Positions 37,309-46,793 of a stretch of 49,513 nucleotides of DNA are shown here, piece after piece; position 1 is the stretch's first letter; every line of letters starts with the position of its first letter. The notes beneath the pieces are model-generated. The model searched no databases and was not told where the DNA came from. It was given only the letters and a program-made list of their open reading frames with translations. The DNA is from Acidimicrobiia bacterium (GTDB lineage Bacteria; Actinomycetota; Acidimicrobiia; IMCC26256; PALSA-610), in contig JADGOO010000108.1 of NCBI GenBank assembly GCA_017882905.1, positions 1-49,513 on the forward strand. The letters are read 5' to 3'. The translations under genes and the position numbers were made by a program.

Positions 37309-38013
37309 ATGCTCTTCCTGCACGAGGTCCATCATCTCGTCGGTGCCCGCGAAGACGACTTCGAGGCGCACGTGCGCGACGGATGGCTCGCGACGCTGGC
37401 CAAGAGCGACGACGCGCGGCTCGCCTGGCACTTGAAGCTCGCGCACGGCACCAACCGCGCGTACATGCACGTGACCATCACCGCCCTGCGGGACGGCAAC
37501 GCCTACGAGTCGCTCGCGAGCCGTGTGGCGAGTGGCGACCTGCGCACGTGGGCCGCGGAAGCCGACCGCATGCGCCACGAAGTGCACGGCACGCTGCTCC
37601 TCGCCGTGCCGTGGTCGCCCCTCACCGAGCTCGACTTCGACGATGTTCCCGTCGATGGCGCCGACCGTGACCCGGTGCTGTTCATGGAAGACACCGCCTG
37701 GCCGTACGAGGCGAAGCTCGACGACTACCTCGACGCGGCTCGCACGCACTACGCACCGAGCCTGGAAGCGCGCACCGAGCGGTCGCTCCTCGAGCTCGCG
37801 GCTGTGTTCCAGGCCGCGCTGGGCGCTCCCCGCCGCCGGCAGGTGGTGCTGTGGCAGCGCGTGCTGTTCCCCGAGCGGCTCCCGGGCCTGTTCACGCGCG
37901 ATCTCCCCGCGCACGTGAAGGCACCCGGCACGTGGATGCACGACGCGCTCCAGGTCCGCGACGACTGGGAGAGCCGCCTACTCAGAACCTGCAAGCACAG
38001 CCCGCTTCAGTAG
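37309..38013 (+). CDS. NIPSNAP-like (tandem dimeric alpha/beta-barrel) hypothetical protein
   Basis: Two repeats beginning MLFLHEVHHL... and VLFMEDTAW..., with a W/G/N/Y pattern reminiscent of NIPSNAP; the assignment is weak. Confidence 0.4.
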   Translation: MLFLHEVHHLVGAREDDFEAHVRDGWLATLAKSDDARLAWHLKLAHGTNRAYMHVTITALRDGNAYESLASRVASGDLRTWAAEADRMRHEVHGTLLLAVPWSPLTELDFDDVPVDGADRDPVLFMEDTAWPYEAKLDDYLDAARTHYAPSLEARTERSLLELAAVFQAALGAPRRRQVVLWQRVLFPERLPGLFTRDLPAHVKAPGTWMHDALQVRDDWESRLLRTCKHSPLQ

Positions 38014-38169
38014 AGGCGGGTGCATCTCCGTCCACGCGGGCCACACGAAGCAGGGCCGCACGTGCGAGCGCCAGCGAGCCGTCACGCCGTGCGAACTAGC
38101 GAGTGCCCGAAGCGTCCGCGCCGCATCAACGCCAGACGCCCTGGGGCGCCAGGCGCAGGCCGAGCGGGG

Positions 38170-39033
38170 TTATGACGTCCAGGCGTTGACGCCGATCTTG
38201 CCGCCGAGCTCGGGGCACTCCCCCGAGAACACGCCCCAGCTGCACTCCCAGCCGGGAACGATCCAGGCGTGGAGCATCCAGATGTTGGCGAGGATCGTCT
38301 TGTGGCCACCGCGCGCCGCGCACTCGGCCTGGGTGGTCTCTTCGCCACCGACGACCAAGCCGCCCTTCAGGCACAGACCACCGTTGGCGTTGTGCTGGTG
38401 CCAGTGATCGTTCGGACCGGCGAAGCCGGGGGGCGGACCGTCGTTGTGGTTCACGAGGTAGCTCAGGCCCACGAGCTTCGAGTCGGGAGTGGTGCCGTCG
38501 TACAGCAGCTCCGACGGCGTTGCGGGGTTGAACGAGCCCGCGAGGCCCACGTTCGTGTAGTGAGCGCCGATGCACGGCACGTAGGGCGTCGACTCCGCGT
38601 AGCCGGCCGCTTCGGCCTGCTTGACCGTGGGGTACTTCGACCACGTGGTGGCGGCCTGGTTCATCTGCGCAGCGAGCTGCGTGCGCTCGGCGTGCGTGAG
38701 CGGCAGCTGCACGAGCGCGCCACGCGGTCCGTGCTCGGCGTCGGCAGTGCCGCCCGAGCCGCCTGTGCCGGTGCCCACTTCGCCCGGCGACGCAGCGACC
38801 GGGAGTGCCTTCTCGCACGGCGACTTGCCGTTGGCGCTGCCGACGATCACACCCGCGGTGGTGGCCGCGGCCGGAGGCTTGGCGACGGTGCCGCTGGAGC
38901 TCGACTTCGCGACGGTGGTCGACGAAGAGCTCTTGGTGCCGCTCGACGAGCAGGCCGCGGCGAGCGCGAGCACTGCGGCGGCGGCCACGATCGGAGTGCG
39001 CCGAACGAAACGGCGACGGTGTTCGATGGCCAT
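38170..39033 (-). CDS. secreted lipoprotein, function unknown
   Basis: Signal peptide with lipobox LAAAC, Ser-rich linker, then a domain with conserved Cys pairs and an HWHQH motif. Confidence 0.6.
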   Translation of the reverse strand: MAIEHRRRFVRRTPIVAAAAVLALAAACSSSGTKSSSSTTVAKSSSSGTVAKPPAAATTAGVIVGSANGKSPCEKALPVAASPGEVGTGTGGSGGTADAEHGPRGALVQLPLTHAERTQLAAQMNQAATTWSKYPTVKQAEAAGYAESTPYVPCIGAHYTNVGLAGSFNPATPSELLYDGTTPDSKLVGLSYLVNHNDGPPPGFAGPNDHWHQHNANGGLCLKGGLVVGGEETTQAECAARGGHKTILANIWMLHAWIVPGWECSWGVFSGECPELGGKIGVNAWTS

Positions 39034-39070
39034 GGGCCCCCCTGGAGAACGTCCTTACCTGACGCACACC

Positions 39071-40027
39071 TTAGGCGGCATCGGGTCGGATCGTTCCGCG
39101 GAGCCCGTTGCGCACACGGTACGGACGACCAGACCGCTCGCGGGCCAACAGGTCGGGGATGCCGGCGCGCGGCGTACGCCGCGCGAGTGCCGGTCCGGCG
39201 GCCAGCGCGAGGCGCGCCACCCGCCCCCGCTGACCGGCGAAGGGGGCGAGCAGCTCGAGCATCCGGGCGTCGTCGCCGCGGCGATCGCCGGTGAACGCGA
39301 ACACCACCTGCCGGCCGAGGTGCCAGTCGCCCACGACCACGGCGTCGGGGTCGCCCAACGCGAGATCTCGCACTGTGGCCGACGTCCACGCGCCGACCCC
39401 ACCGATGGCCCGCAGCACACGGTCGAGCACTCCCGGACCGTTGGCGGCAGCACGGTCGAGCCTGCCGGCCTCGACCGCGACACGCCGCAGCGTCTCGCCC
39501 CGGCGCGCTTCGAGACCGAACGCGCGCCGCTCCCGATCGCCGAGGCCGGCGACGACGCTCGGCGCGGGCGGCACCCGCAGACCCGGCGTCGGGCCGGGCG
39601 CCGGGGTACCGAGACGGCGGACCATCCCGAACCAGGTGCGCACCGCCTCCAGCCCCGTGACGCGTTGTTCGATCACGGTTCGAGCGGCGATGTCGAACAC
39701 AGCCGCGCCACTCGTGAGCCGCAAGGCCGGCGCCGACCGCTGCCACGACCCGACGAGCGCGTGATCAGTGACGAGGGCGGCGGGTTCGTCGTGGAGCCCG
39801 AGCATCTGCGGAACGCGCGCCAACGTCCACGCCGCGCCGTCGCCCCATGCCTGCGCGTGAGCGACGCGGCCGCGCACGCACACGTGCAAGCTCGCCGGGC
39901 CGTGCGGAGTGTTCGCCGCGCGCCAGATCTCGCGCGAGCCGATGCGCGCGCTCGGGTCGTTGGCGCCGCGCGCCAGCGGGCCGCAGACGATGGCGAGGTC
40001 GTAGCGATCCGGCAGCGCGAGCTGCAC
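39071..40027 (-). CDS. DNA-3-methyladenine glycosylase II family (AlkA-like, HhH-GPD)
   Basis: HhH region LRRVAVEAGRLD...GVGAWTSATV and the catalytic Asp context DAVVVGDWHL. GTG start at 40027 directly after the acyl-CoA ligase stop; the Arg-rich extension was rejected. Confidence 0.6.
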   Translation of the reverse strand: MQLALPDRYDLAIVCGPLARGANDPSARIGSREIWRAANTPHGPASLHVCVRGRVAHAQAWGDGAAWTLARVPQMLGLHDEPAALVTDHALVGSWQRSAPALRLTSGAAVFDIAARTVIEQRVTGLEAVRTWFGMVRRLGTPAPGPTPGLRVPPAPSVVAGLGDRERRAFGLEARRGETLRRVAVEAGRLDRAAANGPGVLDRVLRAIGGVGAWTSATVRDLALGDPDAVVVGDWHLGRQVVFAFTGDRRGDDARMLELLAPFAGQRGRVARLALAAGPALARRTPRAGIPDLLARERSGRPYRVRNGLRGTIRPDAA

Positions 40028-40029
40028 GC

Positions 40030-41568
40030 TCAGTTGACCAATCGGTCGCGGCCCTCCCAGAAGGGCTGCCGCAGCTTGAACTTCTGGAGCTTGCCGGTAG
40101 CGGTGCGGGCCAGCACGTCGCGGAACTCGACCCGTGTGGGGCACTTGTAGTGCGCGAGATGCGCGCGGCAGTGATCGATGAGCTCTTGCTCGTCGGCGGC
40201 CGCGCCGGGCGCGAGCACCACGAGGGCCACGACGGTCTCGCCCCACTTCTCGTCGGGTGCACCGATCACCGCAACCTCGGCCACTGACGCGTGCGAGAAG
40301 AGGCAGTCCTCGACTTCGATCGACGACACGTTCTCACCGCCGCTGATGATCACGTCCTTCTTGCGGTCGACGATCGACAGGTAGCCTTCGCCGTCGATGC
40401 GCCCGCCGTCGCCGGTGTGGAACCAGCCGTCGACGATCGCCTTGTCGGTCTCGGCCGGCTGCTGCCAGTAGCCGTCCATCACCACGTTGCTGCGCGCGAG
40501 CACTTCGCCCTCTTCGTCGGTGCGAAGCTGCGCGCCGATGGCCGGCGAGCCGGCGCGGCCGAGACGCCCGGCGCGTTCGGCGGGCGTGAGGTCGTCGTAC
40601 TCCGCGCGTGGCCGGTTGATCGTGAGGAGCGGCGACGTCTCGGTGAGGCCGTAGATCTGGTTGAACTCCCACCCGAGCTCGGTCTCGACCCGTTCGATCG
40701 TGCGGGTGGGCGGCGGTGCACCGGCGGCGACGAGCCGCGTCGTGCCCCGACCCGGTATGGCGCCCGACCATTCGCCCGCCGCGTCGAGCACGGCCGCGAG
40801 CACCGCCGGCGCGCAGCAGAGCAAGGTGACGCCGTGCGCGTCGACGCGGCGCAGGATCTCCGCGCCGTCGATCTTGCGCAGGACGATGTGTTGCGCGCCC
40901 ATGCCGGTGACACCGAACGGCATGCCCCAGCCGTTGCAGTGGAACATGGGCAGCGTGTGCAGGTACACGTCGCGGTCGCTCACACCCATGTGCCAACCGA
41001 ACGTGGTGGCGTTGATCCAGATGTTGCGGTGCGTGAGCTGCACACCCTTCGGGCGCGCCGTCGTGCCGCTCGTGTAGTTGATCGTGGCGGTCGCGTCTTC
41101 GCTCGGCGCACCCCACGGTCGCGGCTCGACGCCGTCGCGGTACAGGATCGCGTCGGACTCGGCGCCGAGCACGAACCGGTGCTTGGCGTCGATGCCGCGC
41201 AACGAGTCTTCGAGCTCGGGGTCGATCAGCAACATGGTGGCGCCGCAGTGCTCCACGATGTAGGCGATCTCTTCGGCGTTCAGCCGGAAGTTGATCGGCA
41301 CAAGTACTCGACCCGAGCCGCTCACACCGAAGAAGCTCGTGAACAGCCGCGCCGAGTTGTGCGACACCACCGCGATTCGTTCACCCTCGCCGACGCCCAG
41401 TGCGTCGAGCCCCGCTGCTTGCGCGCGGGCGCGCGCCGCCACGTCGCGCCACGTGAGCTGCGGCCAAGGCGCGGCGGGCTGGTCGGGTTCGTCGACGATC
41501 GCGATCCGGTCGCCGTAGACCGCCTCGGCCCGGTCGATGAAGTCGTTGACGGTCAGCTCGACCCTCAT
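40030..41568 (-). CDS. AMP-dependent synthetase/ligase (fatty-acyl-CoA ligase)
   Basis: AMP-binding motif YTSGTTARPKGV, GWHMGVSDRD, and C-terminal KLQKFKLR. Confidence 0.85.
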   Translation of the reverse strand: MRVELTVNDFIDRAEAVYGDRIAIVDEPDQPAAPWPQLTWRDVAARARAQAAGLDALGVGEGERIAVVSHNSARLFTSFFGVSGSGRVLVPINFRLNAEEIAYIVEHCGATMLLIDPELEDSLRGIDAKHRFVLGAESDAILYRDGVEPRPWGAPSEDATATINYTSGTTARPKGVQLTHRNIWINATTFGWHMGVSDRDVYLHTLPMFHCNGWGMPFGVTGMGAQHIVLRKIDGAEILRRVDAHGVTLLCCAPAVLAAVLDAAGEWSGAIPGRGTTRLVAAGAPPPTRTIERVETELGWEFNQIYGLTETSPLLTINRPRAEYDDLTPAERAGRLGRAGSPAIGAQLRTDEEGEVLARSNVVMDGYWQQPAETDKAIVDGWFHTGDGGRIDGEGYLSIVDRKKDVIISGGENVSSIEVEDCLFSHASVAEVAVIGAPDEKWGETVVALVVLAPGAAADEQELIDHCRAHLAHYKCPTRVEFRDVLARTATGKLQKFKLRQPFWEGRDRLVN

Positions 41569-41596
41569 GGTCGTCTCCCTGAATCAGCTGCTTGGT

Positions 41597-42721
41597 TCAG
41601 CTCGCGCACAGACCGGCTCGGTTCGCGATCGCGGCCGAGCGTCTCGCTTCGTTCACGACGTGCTGTTCGAGACCGTTCGTGAGGAACACGAACGACACGC
41701 CGTTGTCCGGATCACCGAATGCGATCTGGCCACCCGCGCCATCGTGGCCGAAGGTTCGGGCCGACACGGTGCGGCCGAAACCGCGCATGCCCTTGCGCTC
41801 GTCGTCGCCGGCGATCACCGTGCCGAGCGCACGGTTCGCGGGCGTGCCAGCCCAGTCGGGGAAGCGATTGCGCACCTCGGCCGTGAACGCGTGCATCGCC
41901 GCCGGAGACCAGAGCCCACGTCCGCCGGAGAGCAGCGCCTGGTAGAAGCGCGCCAGGTCGGCCGCATCGGAGACGCCGCCACCACCCGGTACGCCGACCG
42001 CTCGCGCCTCGGGCCGGTTGAACTGCAACAAGGCGGCTTCGGTCACTTCGCTCAACGGCAGCTCACGGATGCCGAGCACGGCTTCCAGCTCGTCGGGAGT
42101 TGCCGTCGTGCCGACCGAGATGAGCTCGTTGATGTCGCCCTGGTCGGCCTCGGGCACGCCGAGCGCGAACCGCGTGAGACCGAGCGGCTCGAGCACGCGC
42201 TCGCGGATGAAGTCGCGGTGATCGGCGCCCGTGACACGAGTGATCAAGGCAGCCAGCACCCAGTGCGCCGAAGTGGGGTGATACTCGAAGCGCGTTCCCG
42301 GCTCCCAGTTCAGCCGCCACTTGCCGAACATCTCGAGACGCTGCTCGTGCGTCTCCCACGAACCCGGGCCGAGCGGCGCACGCGGGAACCCGCTCGTGTG
42401 CAGCATCACCTGTTCGAGTGTGATGGCTTCCTTGCCGTTCGGCGCGAACTCCGGCAGCACCTCGGCGACCGGCTGATCCAACCGGAGCGCGCCCTCGTCG
42501 ATGAGCAACCACACGGCCGCCGCGACCACTGGCTTGGTCGCCGAGAAGATCACGTAGCGGCTGCCCGGCGCGGCGGCGCCGAACGTCGCCTCGAACACGA
42601 CCTCGCCGTCTCGGGCGAAGGCGAGCTGCGCCGACGGCAGCCGCTTCTCGTCGATCTCGCGCTGGACCCGCTCGAGGAGCGCGTCGAGCCTCTCGCTGTC
42701 GAGACCCCGTGCCGCAGTCAC
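41597..42721 (-). CDS. serine hydrolase, beta-lactamase/esterase family
   Basis: SxxK active site (FSATKP), LMLHTSGFP, ...GHDGAGGQ class-C-like motifs. Confidence 0.8.
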   Translation of the reverse strand: MTAARGLDSERLDALLERVQREIDEKRLPSAQLAFARDGEVVFEATFGAAAPGSRYVIFSATKPVVAAAVWLLIDEGALRLDQPVAEVLPEFAPNGKEAITLEQVMLHTSGFPRAPLGPGSWETHEQRLEMFGKWRLNWEPGTRFEYHPTSAHWVLAALITRVTGADHRDFIRERVLEPLGLTRFALGVPEADQGDINELISVGTTATPDELEAVLGIRELPLSEVTEAALLQFNRPEARAVGVPGGGGVSDAADLARFYQALLSGGRGLWSPAAMHAFTAEVRNRFPDWAGTPANRALGTVIAGDDERKGMRGFGRTVSARTFGHDGAGGQIAFGDPDNGVSFVFLTNGLEQHVVNEARRSAAIANRAGLCAS

Positions 42722-42780
42722 GACCCGGACCGTAGTGGGTCTGGTGCGCCTTGTTCATCCCGCCGCGGCGGGAACGCCAC

Positions 42781-44853
42781 TCAGCTCTGCGTCGTGTCAC
42801 CGATCGGTTCGCCGGCCGCGCCGACGGTGGCCGGCATGGCATCGGGCTCGTCGCCGGCGGCGACACCGCCACCACCGGCGGCGCCGTCCTTGTTGCCGTT
42901 GAGCAACGAGCCGCCCTGCGCCAGCGTGCGCATGATGGTGGCGGCCAGCCCCTCGACTGCACCACCCCCGCCGGTGACGAGCACCTCGGGCACCACGGTG
43001 ATGTGGCCCTCGGCGACTGCGTTCGCCACCGCGACCAGCGCGGTGGCCAGCTCGCCGATCGCCCGGCGCTGCGCGTCGAAGCCCTGCGCGCGGGCGAGGC
43101 CGAGAGCCTCGACGGCCTTGGCTTCGGCCAGACCGATGGCCTCGGTCTTGGTGGCCTGGGCGCGGCCGGTGAGCTCCACATAGGCAGCCTCGCCGCGGGC
43201 CTGGGCCGCACGAGCGTCGGCCTCGTTGCTCTGGATCTGGATGCCGACCTGCGACTGGGCGAGCTTGGCCTGCATGTCGGCCGTGCCCTTGGCCTTCTCC
43301 ATCTCGACGCGGGCGACCTGCGCACGCTCCTCTTCGGCGAACGTCGCCTTCTCCTGGTTGGCGATCTCGCGCTTGGTGAGCACTTCGACCAGCTCGGGCG
43401 GGAACACGACGTCTTGGATGTAGACGCCCTTCGTCTCCACGTCGTACGCGCCCAGGTACTGCGTGATCGCAGTGAACGCGGCCTGTTGCACCTGCATGCG
43501 GGTCTCGATGAAGCGCACGGCTTCGAGGTCCTGCAGCGTGTTTCGGAAGTGGTTGCCGACCGCGCTCTGCAGCACCTCGTTCACGAGGTTGAGCATCGTG
43601 CCGACCATCGAGATCACCTTCGGTGCCTTCGTGTCGGGCACGTGGATCTGCACCTGGAGCTCGATGCGGAACACGAAGCCTTCACGGCTCTTGCCCTCGA
43701 TCGGCTTCAGGTTCGCGTCGAGGCTGTGCGCCTGGCTGACGGTGTCGCTCCAGTTGAGTGTGAGGATCGACGTGGGCACGATCTCCGCCGCGTAGACGCG
43801 CGGGTTCACTGGGTACTTGCCAGTGCGCAGCGGTTCCTGCCAGATGCCACGATGGCCGGGGCGCACGATCGAGCCGAACTTGAACTCGGTACCCGACGTG
43901 TCGCTCGTGGGCAGGCCCACGTAAGCCTTCACCACGGCAACTTCGCCCTGGTTCACGACGAGCATCGGGACGAGCTCCACCTGAACGAGGAAGGGATTGA
44001 GCAAGTAGGCGCCGTAGAGCAGCGGGTCGTGTTGCAGACCCATCTTGCCGCCGTGGCCCAAGAACTCCTGGAAATCTTGGTAGTTGTTGTGCAGGTTGTT
44101 CTTGTTGCCGAGCAGCACCTCGATCACGTCGGCGTCAGATGCCTGGCGCTGTTCGAGTTCGACGACGTCGGCGAACGCACCCAGGCGACTGGCGATGTCG
44201 CCCGACGGCAACGGTTCGCCTTCGAGCGCGGTGACGATGCCGATCATGTCTTGTGGCCCGACGGGTGCGATGACCACGACGCGGAGCTGCTCGGCAGTGA
44301 GCCCGAAGCTCTCGGCGCGAATCACCCCGCCACTCGCCTTCGAGACGTGCGCGAGCTCCGGCGACACCGGCAGGCCGTACGCCTGGCGCGCGGTGAGGAT
44401 CAAGAACGCGACCGGATGGATCGGAACGAGTGTGCCCGGAGGCAACACCGGACGCTGCACACCCTTTTCGCCGTTGCCGTCGATGAAGGCACGCACGTTG
44501 GAGAAGTTGCCAAACGCGTTGTCGTAGCGCGCGCTCTTCGCGCCGATGGGGAGTGGCTTGCCGACCTGGGCGATGACCACGCCGATCTCCCCCGCCGGCA
44601 CCTGCACCCAGGGGAACTTCTTGATCGCGTAGATCGGCCACAGCTTGAACCGCAATCCCGGCATCAGTAGATCAGCCTGGAAGCCGGCTTCACCGTTGAA
44701 CGCGATCGGGTTGTCGTTCTTCAGCTTCTTGAAGCCGAAGCGCTTGGTGACGAGACCCACCTCGGTGGGGCCGATGCTCTTGAACGAGTTCAGCGCAAGC
44801 ACCACGACGATGAACGCAACCACTGCGACCACAACGATCACTACCGCTGTCAC
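42781..44853 (-). CDS. flotillin-family SPFH protein (YqiK/FloT-like)
   Basis: N-terminal TM (TAVVIVVVAVVAFIVVVLAL), SPFH core and a long A/E/Q-rich coiled-coil 'flotillin' repeat region. GTG start at 44853 is preceded by AAGGAG. Confidence 0.8.
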   Translation of the reverse strand: MTAVVIVVVAVVAFIVVVLALNSFKSIGPTEVGLVTKRFGFKKLKNDNPIAFNGEAGFQADLLMPGLRFKLWPIYAIKKFPWVQVPAGEIGVVIAQVGKPLPIGAKSARYDNAFGNFSNVRAFIDGNGEKGVQRPVLPPGTLVPIHPVAFLILTARQAYGLPVSPELAHVSKASGGVIRAESFGLTAEQLRVVVIAPVGPQDMIGIVTALEGEPLPSGDIASRLGAFADVVELEQRQASDADVIEVLLGNKNNLHNNYQDFQEFLGHGGKMGLQHDPLLYGAYLLNPFLVQVELVPMLVVNQGEVAVVKAYVGLPTSDTSGTEFKFGSIVRPGHRGIWQEPLRTGKYPVNPRVYAAEIVPTSILTLNWSDTVSQAHSLDANLKPIEGKSREGFVFRIELQVQIHVPDTKAPKVISMVGTMLNLVNEVLQSAVGNHFRNTLQDLEAVRFIETRMQVQQAAFTAITQYLGAYDVETKGVYIQDVVFPPELVEVLTKREIANQEKATFAEEERAQVARVEMEKAKGTADMQAKLAQSQVGIQIQSNEADARAAQARGEAAYVELTGRAQATKTEAIGLAEAKAVEALGLARAQGFDAQRRAIGELATALVAVANAVAEGHITVVPEVLVTGGGGAVEGLAATIMRTLAQGGSLLNGNKDGAAGGGGVAAGDEPDAMPATVGAAGEPIGDTTQS

Positions 44854-44958
44854 TGCACACCAGCTCCTTGGACCCACCCACGCGGAGCGTCCGCTCGAGT
44901 CACTAGCACTCGCCAACCGCGCGACGCGGTCCCCTATGCCGCAGACTGCACCGAGACG

Positions 44959-44975
44959 GGCGACGAATCGTCGCC
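44959..44975. promoter_or_regulatory. 17-bp perfect palindrome ggcgacga-a-tcgtcgcc in the flotillin/MFS divergent intergenic region
   Basis: Lies 6 nt upstream of a TTGACT -35-like hexamer (44982-44987) for the MFS gene; candidate operator for a dimeric regulator. Confidence 0.3.
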
Positions 44976-45022
44976 GGGGCGTTGACTCGAACCCAACTTT
45001 CCACAAGTATTGGCTTGCGAAT

Positions 45023-46444
45023 ATGACCGGAGCATTCGACGGCGGGCGCCGCGCGCTCACGGTGGGCCTCGTGCTCACGGTCACGCTCGTGGGCTTCGAG
45101 ACGCTCGCCGTATCGACCGCGCTCCCGTCGATCTCGCGCGATCTCGACGGTGTCGGGCTCTACGGGTGGGTGGGGAGCGCCTACATGCTCGGGAGCCTGC
45201 TCGGGATCGTGTACGCCGGACGCGCGGCCGACCGGCGCGGTCCGTCACGGCCGTTCGCGACGGGCTTGGTGCTCTTCGCCGTGGCCCTCACCGTCGCCGC
45301 GCTCGCACCGAGCATGGCCGTGCTCGTCGCGGCGCGCTTCGTACAAGGACTCGGTGGTGGTGCGATCCCGGCGGTGGCGTACGTGGCCGCCGGTCGGGGC
45401 TACCCCACCGAGTTGCAGCCGCGCGTATTCGCCATCATGTCGAGCGCCTGGGTGATACCCGGCGTCGTGGCACCGGCGGTGAGCGCCGTCATCACCTCGA
45501 CGGTTGGTTGGCGTTGGGTGTTCGCCGGCCTGCTGCCGTTCGTGGTGCCCGCGCTGGTGTTGACGGTGCCCCCGCTGCGTGCGCTCGGCCCGCCGGTGGG
45601 CGACAGCGCCGACCGCGCGGTGATCAGCACCGCCGCCGCCGTCCGAGTGACCATCGGCGTTGCGCTCGTGCTCGGCGCCATCGACGGTGCGCCGATCGTG
45701 ATCGCCGTGCCGTTGGTCGCGCTCGGCGCCATCATGGCCGCGCGCGCGTACCTCCGGCTCGCGCCGCGAGGCACACTGCGCGCGAGCGCGGGCCTGCCCG
45801 CGACGATCGCGGTTCGCGGGTTGCAGACCTTCGCGTTCTTCGGGGCCGACTTCTTCGTTCCGCGCCTGATCCAGGACGCGCGGGGCGAGTCGTACGCGAT
45901 CCTCGCGATCGCGGTGATGGGCGGCACGCTGGCGTGGACAGCCGCGTCGTGGGTCAACGCGCGGCTGATGGGCCGCTACGGAGCGCGGCCTCTGGTGATC
46001 GCGGGCTTCGCGACCATCGCCACCGGCAATGCCGCGCTGATCCTCGGTGCGTTCGACGCCACGCCCGTCGCGATCGCCGTCGCCGCGGCGACGGTCACCG
46101 GGTTCGGCATGGGCCTCGGATACTCACCGGTGTCGGTGACGATGCTCAGCCAGGCCACCGGCCGCGAGGGCGCGGCGAGCGCCGCGCTCAGCCTGACCGA
46201 CGTGCTCGGCTTCGCGGTCGGGACGGGCATCGGCGGTGCTGCGGTGAGCCTCGCCCACGCCCGCGGTTGGACCGACGGCACTGGCGTGCAGCTTGCGTTC
46301 GCGCTCCCGCTCGCGATCGCGCTCGCCGGCACCCTCGTCGCCCGCCGACTCCCCGCACCGCCACTCGAACCGGCGTCCCAGATCGGCGCCCCACGCGCAC
46401 GAGCGACGCCGGTTGGGGTGGAGGATCAGGCTTCGGGGTCGTAG
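45023..46444 (+). CDS. MFS transporter (12-14 TM)
   Basis: Many TM helices and the MFS motif-A-like GRAADRRG between TM2 and TM3; start taken at MTGAFDGG. Confidence 0.8.
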   Translation: MTGAFDGGRRALTVGLVLTVTLVGFETLAVSTALPSISRDLDGVGLYGWVGSAYMLGSLLGIVYAGRAADRRGPSRPFATGLVLFAVALTVAALAPSMAVLVAARFVQGLGGGAIPAVAYVAAGRGYPTELQPRVFAIMSSAWVIPGVVAPAVSAVITSTVGWRWVFAGLLPFVVPALVLTVPPLRALGPPVGDSADRAVISTAAAVRVTIGVALVLGAIDGAPIVIAVPLVALGAIMAARAYLRLAPRGTLRASAGLPATIAVRGLQTFAFFGADFFVPRLIQDARGESYAILAIAVMGGTLAWTAASWVNARLMGRYGARPLVIAGFATIATGNAALILGAFDATPVAIAVAAATVTGFGMGLGYSPVSVTMLSQATGREGAASAALSLTDVLGFAVGTGIGGAAVSLAHARGWTDGTGVQLAFALPLAIALAGTLVARRLPAPPLEPASQIGAPRARATPVGVEDQASGS

Positions 46445-46791
46445 CTGCGCTGGAGGAAGACCTGCACGCGAGCGATCAGGTCATCGTGCACGTCGAACAC
46501 GATGGCCTCGTCGGTTCGCAGTCGGGCGCCGTCGAGCGTGACCGTCTCCGCCAGCTCCACACACACTCGACCTGCGCCATCACCGAACATGCGGACAACC
46601 TGCATGTCGTAATCGCGCATCCACGCGAACGTCGCCTTCAAGAACTCGACGTACGCATCGCGACCATCGAAGTCGTCGCGATACGGACCCTTGCGCACCA
46701 CGTCGGGGCGCAGCGTCTTGGCGAGCCCGTCCCAGTCGTTCGCGACCATGCACTGTAGGTAGCGCTCGACGACCTGCGCGCGCTCCGGCAC
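46426..46791 (-). CDS. SnoaL-like / NTF2-like domain protein
   Basis: About 120 aa with VERYLQCMVANDWDGL...VFDVHDDLI pattern. GTG start lies 2 nt after the Rieske gene stop; the 3' end overlaps the MFS 3' end. Confidence 0.55.
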   Translation of the reverse strand: MPERAQVVERYLQCMVANDWDGLAKTLRPDVVRKGPYRDDFDGRDAYVEFLKATFAWMRDYDMQVVRMFGDGAGRVCVELAETVTLDGARLRTDEAIVFDVHDDLIARVQVFLQRSYDPEA

Positions 46792-46793
46792 CG

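Noticed and set aside
38147-38161. Short hairpin cctgg-ggcg-ccagg between convergent NIPSNAP-like and lipoprotein genes as an intrinsic terminator
   Set aside because: Only a 5-bp stem with no U/T tract on either side; not convincing compared with the 10-bp terminator at 15162-15187.
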